A stretch of DNA of 64,000 nucleotides. It comes from an uncultured bacterium (lineage in GTDB: Bacteria > Bacillota_I > Bacilli_A > RF39 > UBA660). The stretch spans positions 16,150 to 80,149 of the forward strand of contig CASEYV010000002.1 of NCBI GenBank assembly GCA_949292245.1. Direction: 5' to 3'. Positions 18,787-29,542 of this stretch are shown piece by piece. The notes beneath the pieces are model-generated. The model saw only the letters and a program-made list of their open reading frames with translations. It did no database searches and was not told where the DNA came from. A program made the position numbers and the translations under genes. Every line of letters starts with the position of its first letter. Within the stretch, counting starts at the first letter, position 1.

Positions 18787-21540
18787 TTGTTTGAATATAT
18801 GAAAAGTGCTATAGAAAATGGAACCATTGTAGCTGTCCCAACAATGGGTGAAAATCAAAAAGGGACAACTACAAAATGGAAAGATTTGATAAGAACAAAT
18901 TTTAACGATATTAAAGATAAAAAATCAGTTTTAATAAAAATTCCTGAATATACGGACCCTAGTCTTTTTAAATTTGTGGTTATAGATGTTGATGGAAGAA
19001 AATTCTCACAGAAGAATACTGATTTTACTTTTGAAGTAGTTAATATTTTATTTAACAAACTTTATAATCATTTAATTAATTTAGGATGGGAAGAAGGTAA
19101 AGATTTTTTAACTGTTACAACAGCAAACGATAAAAAGCACTTTTATATAGCAGTAAAACCTGTAGAAGATGATAAAGAAGTTGTTTCAAAGCAAAATAAT
19201 CATTTACTTAAGAACTTTAGATATGGTAGTGGACCACTTGAGGGAGAAAAAATATCAAACGATATTGAATTATTTGGATACCATAGCCAATCATTAATTA
19301 TGGCTCCTGAAAGTCAATTCAGCTACGGAACATATAATGCAAATACTGAATTTAATTTAGAGTCTTTAGTTCCCAAAACCTATTCAACCATTATTAAAAC
19401 AATTAAAAATGCTTTTGAAGATTGGTATGATGATACAAATATAAACGATGTACAAGACAACCAACAAAATAATGATTTAAGTTTCCTAACATTCGATAAA
19501 AGCAAAAAATACGAAAGAAAAAAACTACAGGATTTTAATGTAGTTAAATTATCTGATTTACTTCTTGAAGCTTTTATGATTGAAGGAATGCCTAAACACG
19601 AATTTGAGATAGCAATTTGTGAATACTTAGGAAAATATTTATATCAAGACCAACTTAATGAAGTTAAAAAATTAATCCTAAAAAAAGCTCCAGAATCTCT
19701 TTTTAACGATATTATAAACTTCAACACTAATTGGATAGTTAATGATGATGTTGATAAAAAAACTGGATTAAAAACAGCATTACAATTAATTAATATCCAA
19801 AAAGGTGGAGATTATGCTCAAAGATGGCAAAATAGATTATCAATGGCAATGGAATATGCTTATTATATTCTACCAATAATTGATGATAAAAGAGCACGTT
19901 CTGGAAGTAAATTAAAAGGATTTTATGTATCACATCGTGGAATAGCTGAAGAAACATTTGAAGTTTGTAGCAAAGAAGGTGAAAAACCATTCCTTTTACA
20001 AACAGGTATTCGTGAAAATGTGTTCCACGATAATATGGTTATATCTATATCAGAATTCACGTCCGATATTCAAGTAACAGAAGACGAAAGAGTATTCTCT
20101 ATCATTGAAGAAGGTGGACGTAGTTACACTTATGTATTAAAAAGATTTAAAAATCAATATCAAGGATTTGAAAGATTTTTAGTATTAGCTGCAGCTAATG
20201 GATATATTGAAAAAGTTAATGCTCCAGCATATCCAGGGTTTTATTTAATGCCTGATAATACTATAAAAAAATACGATATATCTGAAACAAATCGTATGGA
20301 ATATATTGAACCAATTTGTCCGTTACGTGGAGATGTAAAAAATGCAATAGATTTATACTCTGATATAGCTGAAGCTATTGGTATAGAGGAAAAAATTGCT
20401 ATTGGTTCATTTATTGTAGGAACCGTTATACCATTTGGATACTTATTCCGCCAAGACTTAAAAAGATTAATGCCAACTTTAATTTTAGCTGGGGATGCAG
20501 GTACAGGTAAATCTGTTTTAGCAAAAAGTTTAGCAAATTTTTATCAAACTATCTTACCAAGAAAAATCACTTATGGACCTGGGGACGTAAGTACAGCATT
20601 TGGATTTGTTCATAACTGTATGGAATCAACTACATTCACTTGTGTTATTGATGAAGCAGATAAAGTTCTTACACCAAGTAGCGACCACTACAATATATTT
20701 AAAGATGCTGCTGAAAAAATTGATGTAAGAGAAACAACCTGGAATAAATCATATGCAAGGGTTATTCCAATTTTAACATTAAACCCACATATAGAACAAA
20801 ACGAAGAAACAGCCCCAATTTTACGTAGAAATGTTTGTTATAATTTATATGGAAATTCTATGTTTGACCCTGATACAATATCTAATAATCTTTCTAGAGT
20901 CATCGATAAAGATGGTATGTTTGGGGTAAGACTATCAGAATTGGGGGCAATTGGAGAATATATTTATTATTATCTACATGAATACTTCAAAACACCTCGT
21001 ACAGGTAATGTTCTTCAAATAGCTGAAGAAGCTGTTAAAAGTATGTTTGAGTATATAGGTGATACTGATAATAAAATATACAATTATATTACAAATAAAG
21101 AAAAACTCCCAGATGTATATCGTTTAGATGATGATAATTTTAATTTAATAGAAGAGTCTAAACAAAATACCTTAAGTATATTTTATACTATTTTAAGATT
21201 AGAATTTTTAAAATTTAGAAATAGTAATACATCTCAAAGGCCAGAATTTTTAGAAGCGTCTACTACAAGAGAATTATTCAAAACAAGGGTAATCAAAGGA
21301 TTACACCCATGGATTGAATATTATGCTTCAACAAGAACTGAAAAATACTATATTAAAGATGTTATTTTAACCCATATTTTATCAACTAATAAAATGATAA
21401 ATAAAAATAATAGTGTTATGGCAAAAAGAAGAATTATTAAAGATTGTCTTCAATTAAATAAAGGTGTATTACGTATTAACGGAAAAATCATTCGTGCTAC
21501 GGAAATAGATATAGATGATTTATTAGATAACATTCTTTAA
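18787..21540 (+). CDS. Primase-polymerase fused to P-loop helicase/ATPase
   Basis: VVIDVD and TANDKKHFY AEP/prim-pol motifs; Walker A GDAGTGKS, Walker B CVIDE. Confidence 0.8.
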   Translation: MFEYMKSAIENGTIVAVPTMGENQKGTTTKWKDLIRTNFNDIKDKKSVLIKIPEYTDPSLFKFVVIDVDGRKFSQKNTDFTFEVVNILFNKLYNHLINLGWEEGKDFLTVTTANDKKHFYIAVKPVEDDKEVVSKQNNHLLKNFRYGSGPLEGEKISNDIELFGYHSQSLIMAPESQFSYGTYNANTEFNLESLVPKTYSTIIKTIKNAFEDWYDDTNINDVQDNQQNNDLSFLTFDKSKKYERKKLQDFNVVKLSDLLLEAFMIEGMPKHEFEIAICEYLGKYLYQDQLNEVKKLILKKAPESLFNDIINFNTNWIVNDDVDKKTGLKTALQLINIQKGGDYAQRWQNRLSMAMEYAYYILPIIDDKRARSGSKLKGFYVSHRGIAEETFEVCSKEGEKPFLLQTGIRENVFHDNMVISISEFTSDIQVTEDERVFSIIEEGGRSYTYVLKRFKNQYQGFERFLVLAAANGYIEKVNAPAYPGFYLMPDNTIKKYDISETNRMEYIEPICPLRGDVKNAIDLYSDIAEAIGIEEKIAIGSFIVGTVIPFGYLFRQDLKRLMPTLILAGDAGTGKSVLAKSLANFYQTILPRKITYGPGDVSTAFGFVHNCMESTTFTCVIDEADKVLTPSSDHYNIFKDAAEKIDVRETTWNKSYARVIPILTLNPHIEQNEETAPILRRNVCYNLYGNSMFDPDTISNNLSRVIDKDGMFGVRLSELGAIGEYIYYYLHEYFKTPRTGNVLQIAEEAVKSMFEYIGDTDNKIYNYITNKEKLPDVYRLDDDNFNLIEESKQNTLSIFYTILRLEFLKFRNSNTSQRPEFLEASTTRELFKTRVIKGLHPWIEYYASTRTEKYYIKDVILTHILSTNKMINKNNSVMAKRRIIKDCLQLNKGVLRINGKIIRATEIDIDDLLDNIL

Positions 21541-22295
21541 ATCATTATATCTTTTATTAATATATTTTCTTTATAAAATTGTCCTAATAGATTATATATA
21601 AATATGTTATAAACTGGGAATATTACCAAGTAAATTGGAATCATCATAAAAATAGAAATATCTAACATATATAAACATATTTTAAATGTTGCATATATTA
21701 TCAATCCTGATGTTATTAACCATTTAAGAAAATCAAATTTCATTATTCTTATATCATTAATCATTTCAATAATATCTATAGCTTTTATTACTTTTTTTGT
21801 TTTTGCTAATCTAGCAACACCTATTGAGCAAAATATAGTTGAAATTGTTGAGAAAATCATCACAACAGGATGTATATTTTCTAAAGGAATAATGAATTCT
21901 GTTGAAAAACCTATTATACTTAATACAAATAACTCTATAAATCCATCTACATTTACAAATTTAACATGAAAAAAAGATAATATTATTATAAATACTCCGA
22001 ATGGTATAAAATAATATACACAATTAACAAGATAAACCTTTATCCCTTCAATAAACGATAATTTAATATTTATTTTAGGCATTTTTGTATTATGAAATAT
22101 ACCATCTCTTATAGTTTTCATAAAAAATCCAATTATTATTGTTCCAATTAAAGTGTAAGTAATAGAACTTATTGGACTTTCATAAAATTGAAAAAAAACA
22201 ACCAATAATAAACTTAATAAACCCAATCCTAATAGCATTGGAATATTTGAGAAGGTATATTGTAATGAATTTTTAACTGCATCTATATATCTCAT
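21537..22295 (-). CDS. DUF4013-like multi-pass membrane protein
   Basis: Hydrophobic helices; GFFMKTIR...MP...FIEGIKVY pattern. Confidence 0.7.
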   Translation of the reverse strand: MRYIDAVKNSLQYTFSNIPMLLGLGLLSLLLVVFFQFYESPISSITYTLIGTIIIGFFMKTIRDGIFHNTKMPKINIKLSFIEGIKVYLVNCVYYFIPFGVFIIILSFFHVKFVNVDGFIELFVLSIIGFSTEFIIPLENIHPVVMIFSTISTIFCSIGVARLAKTKKVIKAIDIIEMINDIRIMKFDFLKWLITSGLIIYATFKICLYMLDISIFMMIPIYLVIFPVYNIFIYNLLGQFYKENILIKDIMI

Positions 22296-22397
22296 GTGTT
22301 TTTTTATAAAAAAACAAATTTATAAATATTAATAATTTTTGTGTATTTATAGAAAAACTTATAAACAATAGATGATATAATAATAATAGGTGATAAA

Positions 22398-24305
22398 ATG
22401 AGTTTATTAGAATATTTTCCGTTTGAAGAACCAAGACCATATCAGCTTGATGCTGTTGAGAAAATAATTAAAGCTGTTGAAGATGGTCATAGAAATATTA
22501 TTTTGTCTGCTCCAACTGGAACAGGAAAGAGTGCTATTGCTATTACATTAGCTCATTATTACAAAACAGCATATATCTTAACAAGTACAAAACAGTTACA
22601 ACATCAATATGTAAACGAATTTGATGATGTTAAGACAATGAAAGGTAGAAATAACTTTTTATGTGAACAGTTTAGAGATATTGGTAGTATTACTTGTGAT
22701 AATGGACCTTGTGTTGTACAAAAAGTAACCTGTCCATATAGAGCCAAAAGAGATAGCGATAAAAATTTAATATTAAATCCAGACCTTGTTGTTTGTAATT
22801 ATTGGTATCAAAAAATTATAGGCCTTTTAAACGGTATAACTGTTGTTAATTATAAATATGCAACGGCTGATTTTTATGTAGAAGACTTTATTGAAAAAGA
22901 AATAGCTATTTTTGATGAAGCACATAGTATTGAATCAGAAGTATTGAGCTTTTGTGAAATATCGTTAAATAGAAAGTCTTTTAAAAGAAATATAGATATG
23001 GGAATCCCAAAATTTAAAAATATTAAAGAAGTTATCGAGTTTTTATCATTAGCAATCAGTAAACTAAACGATAAAATATCAATTGCAAGGGAAGCAAAGA
23101 TTGAAGCTTATCAAGACCAGAAAGATATTAAATCTATTTTAATTAACGATTATAATTTATCTCACGATGATATAATCAGTTGTATGGAATCAGCAATGAC
23201 AATGAAACAAATCGTTTTAAACAGCAATGATAAAAGAGAAATAATGTCTTTAATAAAACAATTAAACGATATTGAGAAAAAAATATCAAATCTACTTGAT
23301 AAAATATCAAAATTGGATAAAATATTAGAAAGTATTGAAAAAAAAATAGTATTTATAGAACAAAATCCAGATAATTGGGTTATTGATGATAGAGAAGCTA
23401 CAAGAGTAATTATAAAACCAATTGAAGTTAAACAAATTGCAAAACAATTATTAAATAACTTAGGTAATATTAATATTTTCTTATCTGGGTCATTACCAAA
23501 TCCAAAGAAGTTTGCTGAAAATCTTGGAATAACAGAATACTACACCATTAATATCCCAAGCATTATTGAACCAAAACAAAGACCTATTATTCAATCTTAT
23601 GTTGGGTCTATGTCATCAAGGAATATTGATAAAACAATGCCGTTTTTAATACAAAAAATAAACGATATTATGGAACAACATCCTGATGAAAAAGGTATTA
23701 TTCATACTTTTACTTATTCAATAGCAAACAGGATTTGCTCTGAAATAAAAAATCCAAGATTAATAACCCATAACTCATCAAATAAAGAAGAAGCCTTAGA
23801 TAATTTTAAATTTTCAAATAAAAACGATATATTAGTAAGTCCTGTAGTCCATACAGGTGTTGATTTCCCATATGATGAATGTAGGTTTCAGATTATTGTT
23901 AAAGACCCATTCCCAAATATAGGCGACCCACAGATTAAAGCAAGAATGAAAAGGGACCCAGAATATCTTTTAATGAAAAGATGTGAAACCCTATGCCAAG
24001 AATATGGTAGAGCAGTTAGGGCTTCTGATGATTATGCTGTAACATATATTTTAGATAAAAATATAGAAGAATTAGTTAAAAACAATGATTTTATTACTAA
24101 TTACTTCATTGAAGGATTAGGGCAAAATGATAATAGGAATCTTCCATTAAAAGTTAATAGAAATATCAATAAAGTAACTGAAGCTATTAACAATGGCTAT
24201 AATACCGTAGCTAAATTAAATTTATATATTCCTGATAATAAACAAACAGTTCATAATATGGTTAAAGACTTTTTAAGACAGAACATCGTTGAATATGACA
24301 TCTAA
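22398..24305 (+). CDS. XPD/Rad3/DinG-family SF2 helicase with Fe-S cysteines
   Basis: FPFEEPRPYQ, APTGTGKS, KGRNNFLC, DEAH, GVDF, QEYGRAVR. Confidence 0.92.
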   Translation: MSLLEYFPFEEPRPYQLDAVEKIIKAVEDGHRNIILSAPTGTGKSAIAITLAHYYKTAYILTSTKQLQHQYVNEFDDVKTMKGRNNFLCEQFRDIGSITCDNGPCVVQKVTCPYRAKRDSDKNLILNPDLVVCNYWYQKIIGLLNGITVVNYKYATADFYVEDFIEKEIAIFDEAHSIESEVLSFCEISLNRKSFKRNIDMGIPKFKNIKEVIEFLSLAISKLNDKISIAREAKIEAYQDQKDIKSILINDYNLSHDDIISCMESAMTMKQIVLNSNDKREIMSLIKQLNDIEKKISNLLDKISKLDKILESIEKKIVFIEQNPDNWVIDDREATRVIIKPIEVKQIAKQLLNNLGNINIFLSGSLPNPKKFAENLGITEYYTINIPSIIEPKQRPIIQSYVGSMSSRNIDKTMPFLIQKINDIMEQHPDEKGIIHTFTYSIANRICSEIKNPRLITHNSSNKEEALDNFKFSNKNDILVSPVVHTGVDFPYDECRFQIIVKDPFPNIGDPQIKARMKRDPEYLLMKRCETLCQEYGRAVRASDDYAVTYILDKNIEELVKNNDFITNYFIEGLGQNDNRNLPLKVNRNINKVTEAINNGYNTVAKLNLYIPDNKQTVHNMVKDFLRQNIVEYDI

Positions 24306-24383
24306 ATTAAGCACTAATGAAAAGTTTTATATACAATGACTGACATATTATGTATTACAAAAAATAAATAGGAGATTTTATTA

Positions 24384-24587
24384 ATGTTAAGCAAAAAAGA
24401 TAAGATTAAACTATCAGCTTACAGTTTGTATTCAGACTATCTAGAGCCACATCATTGTAAATCTGCAGAAGATTATTACGAAGCTCGTAAAATCTTAAAA
24501 GAATTAGTTGATGAACTTAAGGCCGAATATGATAAGAAAAAAGAATTTCACAAACAGCAGGTAGATTTTATTAATAATTTACTATAG
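24384..24587 (+). CDS. Hypothetical protein
   Basis: Own promoter and GGAG RBS. Confidence 0.7.
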   Translation: MLSKKDKIKLSAYSLYSDYLEPHHCKSAEDYYEARKILKELVDELKAEYDKKKEFHKQQVDFINNLL

Positions 24588-24719
24588 TGATAAATTTGAC
24601 CTTTTTAGATGACTATATTGAAGAAATAAATGAAGAATATATGTTACAATTAGTAGTAAATAATCCAGAATTAATTGAATTATTAGTTCCAGATATAGAT
24701 TTAGATAATACGTGATAAA

Positions 24720-25190
24720 ATGTTGGATGAAGTGTTAGATGATTATAATAAATTTACAGATAATCTTCCAATTATGGACATTATTGTAAATAAAAGTATA
24801 ATAAACATATCTATTATTAATGATGGAATTGACCAAAATATGTTAAAAGAGTTAGAAAAAAGAATTGGTGAATATCGTATTTATAGTGAGAATGATAAAC
24901 TTATTATTGCAACTAGCGATATTGATTTCTTTAAGAACTCATACCCTTATATTTATAAGGTCTTAGATAAAATCTTGGAACATATTTGTGATTGTCCTAT
25001 TGCTTCCTTTCAAATAGATTCATTATTTGTTAAAATTCCAATAACAAAAAATACAGTTTCTATTAGTGGAATGAAAAAATTATGTGATGATTTTAAACAA
25101 GATGGTGTTTTAGAAATGGGTGAAATACCGTATTTAAAATTTACTCTTCCAAATAAAATAATAAACGATGTTGAAGAGTTGCAAAAATAG
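24720..25190 (+). CDS. Hypothetical protein
   Basis: 156-aa ORF. Confidence 0.75.
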   Translation: MLDEVLDDYNKFTDNLPIMDIIVNKSIINISIINDGIDQNMLKELEKRIGEYRIYSENDKLIIATSDIDFFKNSYPYIYKVLDKILEHICDCPIASFQIDSLFVKIPITKNTVSISGMKKLCDDFKQDGVLEMGEIPYLKFTLPNKIINDVEELQK

Positions 25191-25200
25191 TTAAGTCAAA

Positions 25201-25225
25201 TATAGGTGTGGTAACCACACCTATA
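25201..25225. promoter_or_regulatory. Perfect 12-bp inverted repeat TATAGGTGTGGT-A-ACCACACCTATA
   Basis: Intergenic palindrome. Confidence 0.6.
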
Positions 25226-25301
25226 GGTGATGAAAATGTTTACACATAAAAATATGTTAAACATATTTATAAAGATTTGTATTTTTTTTGGAGAAATATA
25301 T

Positions 25302-26360
25302 ATGTCAAAAAAAAGACTTACTGATAAAAAATTAGATGATATAATAAAAATGATAGAAGCATATGAAAAATTTCAATATCCTGCATATACATATAATAAT
25401 GCTCTTCATAGGGATATTTTAAAATTAAACGGTATTCATACATTAAATTGTTTTGAAAAACCTGATTATGATATTCTTAAAAAAGCTGTGTTTGATTGTA
25501 AAAAAGATACATCATTAATTGATATACTTGATGTACTTAATTCATTTTTAGCAGATAAAGGATTTACTAAAAAATGTAAGAGCATGAAGTGTTGTAACGG
25601 TGATTGTCATGAGAAGTGTTTAAACGATGAATATACCGTTGATGTTTTTATTGATGAAGATGATATAGATGAAGTTGAATCTGATTATCCTAAAAAGAAA
25701 ACTGCTTCAAAAGCTCAAAACCATAAAGACCGCACTATGGAACAAGAATATTCAATGACTTTTGAAGATGTTGCATATAAAAATCTTAAAGACCGTATTA
25801 TGGACCAAGAATATTTAATGGTTATTGAAGTAGAGAATGGAAAATCAGATGGAGATAAAGATGTTGTATATTTAAAGGAATCTGATTTTAAATTTAATCC
25901 ACGTTTAGATTTAGATAATTTTAAAGTTATTATGGATTCTAAAATGAATATCCTTATTAATTCAAACGATATTAGTGATGTTATTATGTATATCAATTAT
26001 TTGTTTAATTTTTATTTTAGAGTCAAATCACCTTCTATATCTAAACAAGAAAGGGCTTTAAATGAAGATGGGTATAGAGTATTTATTAAACCTATATTAT
26101 CAAATATAATTGATACAATTACAAAAAAATATGAAGATTATGGAGAAACCAATTTAATTGATTCAGAAAAATTTGGTATAAAACCTAAAAACGGTATTTT
26201 ACTAAGGATTAATGATAAGATTAATAGAATTCATAATTTATTACGTCCTGAAAGAGTAGAAAATTTTGAATCAGTTGAAGATTCTTTTGAAGATGCTATT
26301 GGATACTGTTTCTTAATTATTGCATTAGGTGTTATGAATGAAGATAGCAGTAATTACTGA
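25302..26360 (+). CDS. Protein with C-terminal DUF1599 / nucleotide-modification-associated domain 1
   Basis: KKYEDYG, GILLRINDKINR, ESVEDSFEDAIGY; internal 63-bp tandem duplication at about 25717-25830. Confidence 0.7.
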   Translation: MSKKRLTDKKLDDIIKMIEAYEKFQYPAYTYNNALHRDILKLNGIHTLNCFEKPDYDILKKAVFDCKKDTSLIDILDVLNSFLADKGFTKKCKSMKCCNGDCHEKCLNDEYTVDVFIDEDDIDEVESDYPKKKTASKAQNHKDRTMEQEYSMTFEDVAYKNLKDRIMDQEYLMVIEVENGKSDGDKDVVYLKESDFKFNPRLDLDNFKVIMDSKMNILINSNDISDVIMYINYLFNFYFRVKSPSISKQERALNEDGYRVFIKPILSNIIDTITKKYEDYGETNLIDSEKFGIKPKNGILLRINDKINRIHNLLRPERVENFESVEDSFEDAIGYCFLIIALGVMNEDSSNY

Positions 26361-27561
26361 TATACATCTTGGATATAGACAGTATAAACTTGAAGAAAGA
26401 AAACAGGATTTCTATGATACATTTCAAAAAGCAATTGACCTTATTATAAAAAACGATGTTGATTTGGTTTTGAATTGTGGAGATACTTTTGATAAGGCAC
26501 ATGAAAGTGCTGAAACAATTGATGAATTTCGTAAAGGTTTAAAAAAACTGAAAGAACATAATATTAAGATGGTAGCTATATTAGGTAATCACGAAGTCAT
26601 TCAAAGAGATAGCTTCGTGCCTATCTTAAACCTTTACGAAGATGATTATGATATTGATATATTAGGATACAAAGGTAAAAAAGATTACATCACTATTGAC
26701 ACAGATATTGGTGAGCTTTTAGTATCTGGAATATCCTTTTTATCAGCATCACAATCTGATAGTTTAAAAAATAAGCTTCAATATTTAGATACCTTAAAGT
26801 CAGATTTTAAGATATTAATGTTGCATCAGGCTATTAAAGAAGATTTTCCATTTTCATACGAAATAGAGGAAAATGATTTACCAACATCGTTTAATTGTAT
26901 TTTATGTGGACACATTCATGAAGTGTGTGATTATGGAGTAAGATACTACCCAGGTAGTTTAAATCCTTGTAACATCAAAGAGGCAATGGACCCACATGGT
27001 GTTACTTTTATTACAATTGATAAACAAAAAAAATACGATATTGATTTTGTTGAGATTGAACAACCACGTAAAATGTTTTTTCAAAGAATGACTTATAATG
27101 ATGACTTTGTTAAAAATTTAAAAGATTTTGCAAAAAAAAACGGTCAAGGTAAGAATATTTTGCATCTTGAAGTAATGATAGATGAAAATCAAATTGTTGA
27201 TGCTAATGACTTTATATCAAGAGAGATTCAAAAAGAGTTTCTCAGAGTAACCACAAGGTTTAAATATAAAGAAGAACAAAAGAATAATTACAACTTTGAT
27301 ATGGGGAAGACAACTATAAAGGATATTCTCATGAAAAGGTTGGAGGATGAATCTAATGAAGTTAAGGAATTAACTATTAAAATATTAGAAGCATCAAAAG
27401 ACAATGACAGTCTTGAATTTATTCACGACAATTATAAAAATAATATTGAAAAATCCTATAAAAAAGATTTTAAGGATTTAGAGAATAAAATGAGGGCTGA
27501 AATAAAAGAATACGAAAATTTTTTCAATAAATTGGGAGAGGATAAATATGCCAGAAAATAA
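26338..27561 (+). CDS. mre11: Mre11/SbcD-family nuclease
   Basis: DIHLG, GDTFD, GNHE, LHQ, GHIH, YPGS. Confidence 0.9.
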   Translation: MKIAVITDIHLGYRQYKLEERKQDFYDTFQKAIDLIIKNDVDLVLNCGDTFDKAHESAETIDEFRKGLKKLKEHNIKMVAILGNHEVIQRDSFVPILNLYEDDYDIDILGYKGKKDYITIDTDIGELLVSGISFLSASQSDSLKNKLQYLDTLKSDFKILMLHQAIKEDFPFSYEIEENDLPTSFNCILCGHIHEVCDYGVRYYPGSLNPCNIKEAMDPHGVTFITIDKQKKYDIDFVEIEQPRKMFFQRMTYNDDFVKNLKDFAKKNGQGKNILHLEVMIDENQIVDANDFISREIQKEFLRVTTRFKYKEEQKNNYNFDMGKTTIKDILMKRLEDESNEVKELTIKILEASKDNDSLEFIHDNYKNNIEKSYKKDFKDLENKMRAEIKEYENFFNKLGEDKYARK

Positions 27562-28114
27562 AAGTGTAGCATTAGATTTAAGTGCATTGGGAGATACATT
27601 AGAACAACAAATTAGTGCTGTTCCAGGTGAGAAACCATTTTTAGAAAATCTTACTAAAGCAACTTTAAAAGAATTTGCATTAAACAGGCAATTAGACATC
27701 AGAGAAAACAGAGAAAAAGAGAACAACGTCGTTAAAAAATATTATGCTATAACCTTAAGATTAAAAGTTGAATATGAACACGAAGTTGATGGCGAAAAAC
27801 AAACTTATGTTTCATATGATAACTATGGTGGTCTTAGAGCATATCCTAAAGTTGATGAAAATAATGAGCCAGTTTTAGATGCAAATGGTAACCCAGTAAT
27901 CGAAAGATTTTGGGCAGGAAATCCTGATGGTAATTTTGCTTCTTATTTCTCATTATTGCTTAAAACTGCACAAGATTATGATTCTACCATTAGAACTTAC
28001 CAAGATTTCTTTAAATTCTTAGGTGAAGAAAGACAATGTTTAATTAAATCCGAAAAAACCAGTTTTGGTGGTAGAGGGGAAACAATTAAACAAGTTATTA
28101 AAGAATTTATTTAA
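27548..28114 (+). CDS. Hypothetical protein, possibly ssDNA-binding
   Basis: Beta-rich, aromatic, directly after mre11; function inferred from context only. Confidence 0.5.
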   Translation: MPENKSVALDLSALGDTLEQQISAVPGEKPFLENLTKATLKEFALNRQLDIRENREKENNVVKKYYAITLRLKVEYEHEVDGEKQTYVSYDNYGGLRAYPKVDENNEPVLDANGNPVIERFWAGNPDGNFASYFSLLLKTAQDYDSTIRTYQDFFKFLGEERQCLIKSEKTSFGGRGETIKQVIKEFI

Positions 28115-28258
28115 TTTGGTTAATATGTATATTTTAATGAGAAATGGTAAAAAGTTATATAACGAAATATATGAAACATCTGAAGAGGCATTAATCGCTT
28201 TAATGAAACTTCAAGAGCAAGGATATGTTGATGTTTATATAGCTGAAACAGATTAGTT

Positions 28259-28774
28259 ATGAATTTTGTTTGTTTAGAAGAGGCTTATAAGCCTCTTATT
28301 TATTCTATTTTTGATAATTTTAAAGAAGCGTCTGAAAATGACAGAGTTGATTTTATTTTTGGAAGACTTGATGAAAGATTATTACGATGTAAATCCACAG
28401 AGTTCACTAGATATGATACAATTCATAGAATCATGGAACTTCAAAAAACAAACGGGGTCTACTGTACCATATTGGAAATACCAAACAATTTTTTTCACAT
28501 TACGTCCCCAGCTAATTTTGAGAAAATATGCTCCATTTTCGACAAGACAATGTATAATATTGAGATACGGATGTTTTTTTTGGAAGAAGCTGGAAGGATG
28601 AAAAAATATTCAAAAGGCTTTTTAGTAGCCCATAAAAAAAAGAAATTTATCTTTAATACAACGAAATGGTTAAAACCATCAAAAACAAATACCGTTAAAT
28701 TAGATGATACAGATTTTGAAAATGAGATTATAGGTTATGTGTTTAATTTAATCAATAAAAAATTATTATCATAA
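28259..28774 (+). CDS. Degenerate C5-methyltransferase-like protein
   Basis: Spacing of motifs IV-VIII preserved but PC, ENV and QxRxR lost. Confidence 0.45.
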   Translation: MNFVCLEEAYKPLIYSIFDNFKEASENDRVDFIFGRLDERLLRCKSTEFTRYDTIHRIMELQKTNGVYCTILEIPNNFFHITSPANFEKICSIFDKTMYNIEIRMFFLEEAGRMKKYSKGFLVAHKKKKFIFNTTKWLKPSKTNTVKLDDTDFENEIIGYVFNLINKKLLS

Positions 28775-28794
28775 AATATAAAATATCTTATATT

Positions 28795-29184
28795 TTATAT
28801 TAATGCTAATAATTTAGCTATAAATGTTACCCCTGCTAACCCGAATACGCTGAAAAGTGCATATATAATTGACTTATATGTTTTGAAGATAGATGTGAGT
28901 TCAGTAATTGTAATATTTAATTCACTAATTTCAACTCTTAATGAAGCTAAATCACGTCTAAATTCAGTTGAATCTTTTTCTAATCTAGCTATTTCTTCGT
29001 GTTTTTTGTCTACTCTTTGTTCTAAGATTGCTAATCTTGCAGTATAATCTGTTCTATCTGTTAAAACATCATGTTCTAATGATTGTATTGTTCTTTCCAT
29101 TCTATTAGTTTTTTCTGATAGATTGTCAATTCTAACAGCATTTGATTCGGGGGAAGCCATAACAACCTCCCCATTTATGCACAA
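28795..29184 (-). CDS. Coiled-coil protein with C-terminal TM (lysis-associated?)
   Basis: Heptad repeats and hydrophobic tail next to a holin-like gene. Confidence 0.6.
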   Translation of the reverse strand: MCINGEVVMASPESNAVRIDNLSEKTNRMERTIQSLEHDVLTDRTDYTARLAILEQRVDKKHEEIARLEKDSTEFRRDLASLRVEISELNITITELTSIFKTYKSIIYALFSVFGLAGVTFIAKLLALI

Positions 29185-29432
29185 TCATCTTCATTATTGA
29201 TAATTGTATTCATTTTTTCAATATTTCCTACATTTGCATCTGTTTTGGTAAACCAAGTGGATACATATCTTTCAGATAAAACTTGTGCAACGATAAGCAC
29301 AACAAATGCAACAAGACCAATAACTAAATTTGATGTTGTTTCAGAAAACCCAAGTCCAACTAAAATTGGAAGTAAGTAAACTGTTAAAAAGCTCGTAATG
29401 TTTTCTTTTGTTAAACTATTCATTTTTATCAT
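29175..29432 (-). CDS. Holin-like two-TM protein
   Basis: Two TM helices, charged C-tail. Confidence 0.55.
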   Translation of the reverse strand: MIKMNSLTKENITSFLTVYLLPILVGLGFSETTSNLVIGLVAFVVLIVAQVLSERYVSTWFTKTDANVGNIEKMNTIINNEDDCA

Positions 29433-29542
29433 CTTTTTTAATTTCGTATCTATTTTTATCTATTCATCAAAAATTGAAAAGAGGTGTATTAAGATACCTA
29501 TTTTAATTTTATAAAAAAAACTTTAATAAATAATTATATATT

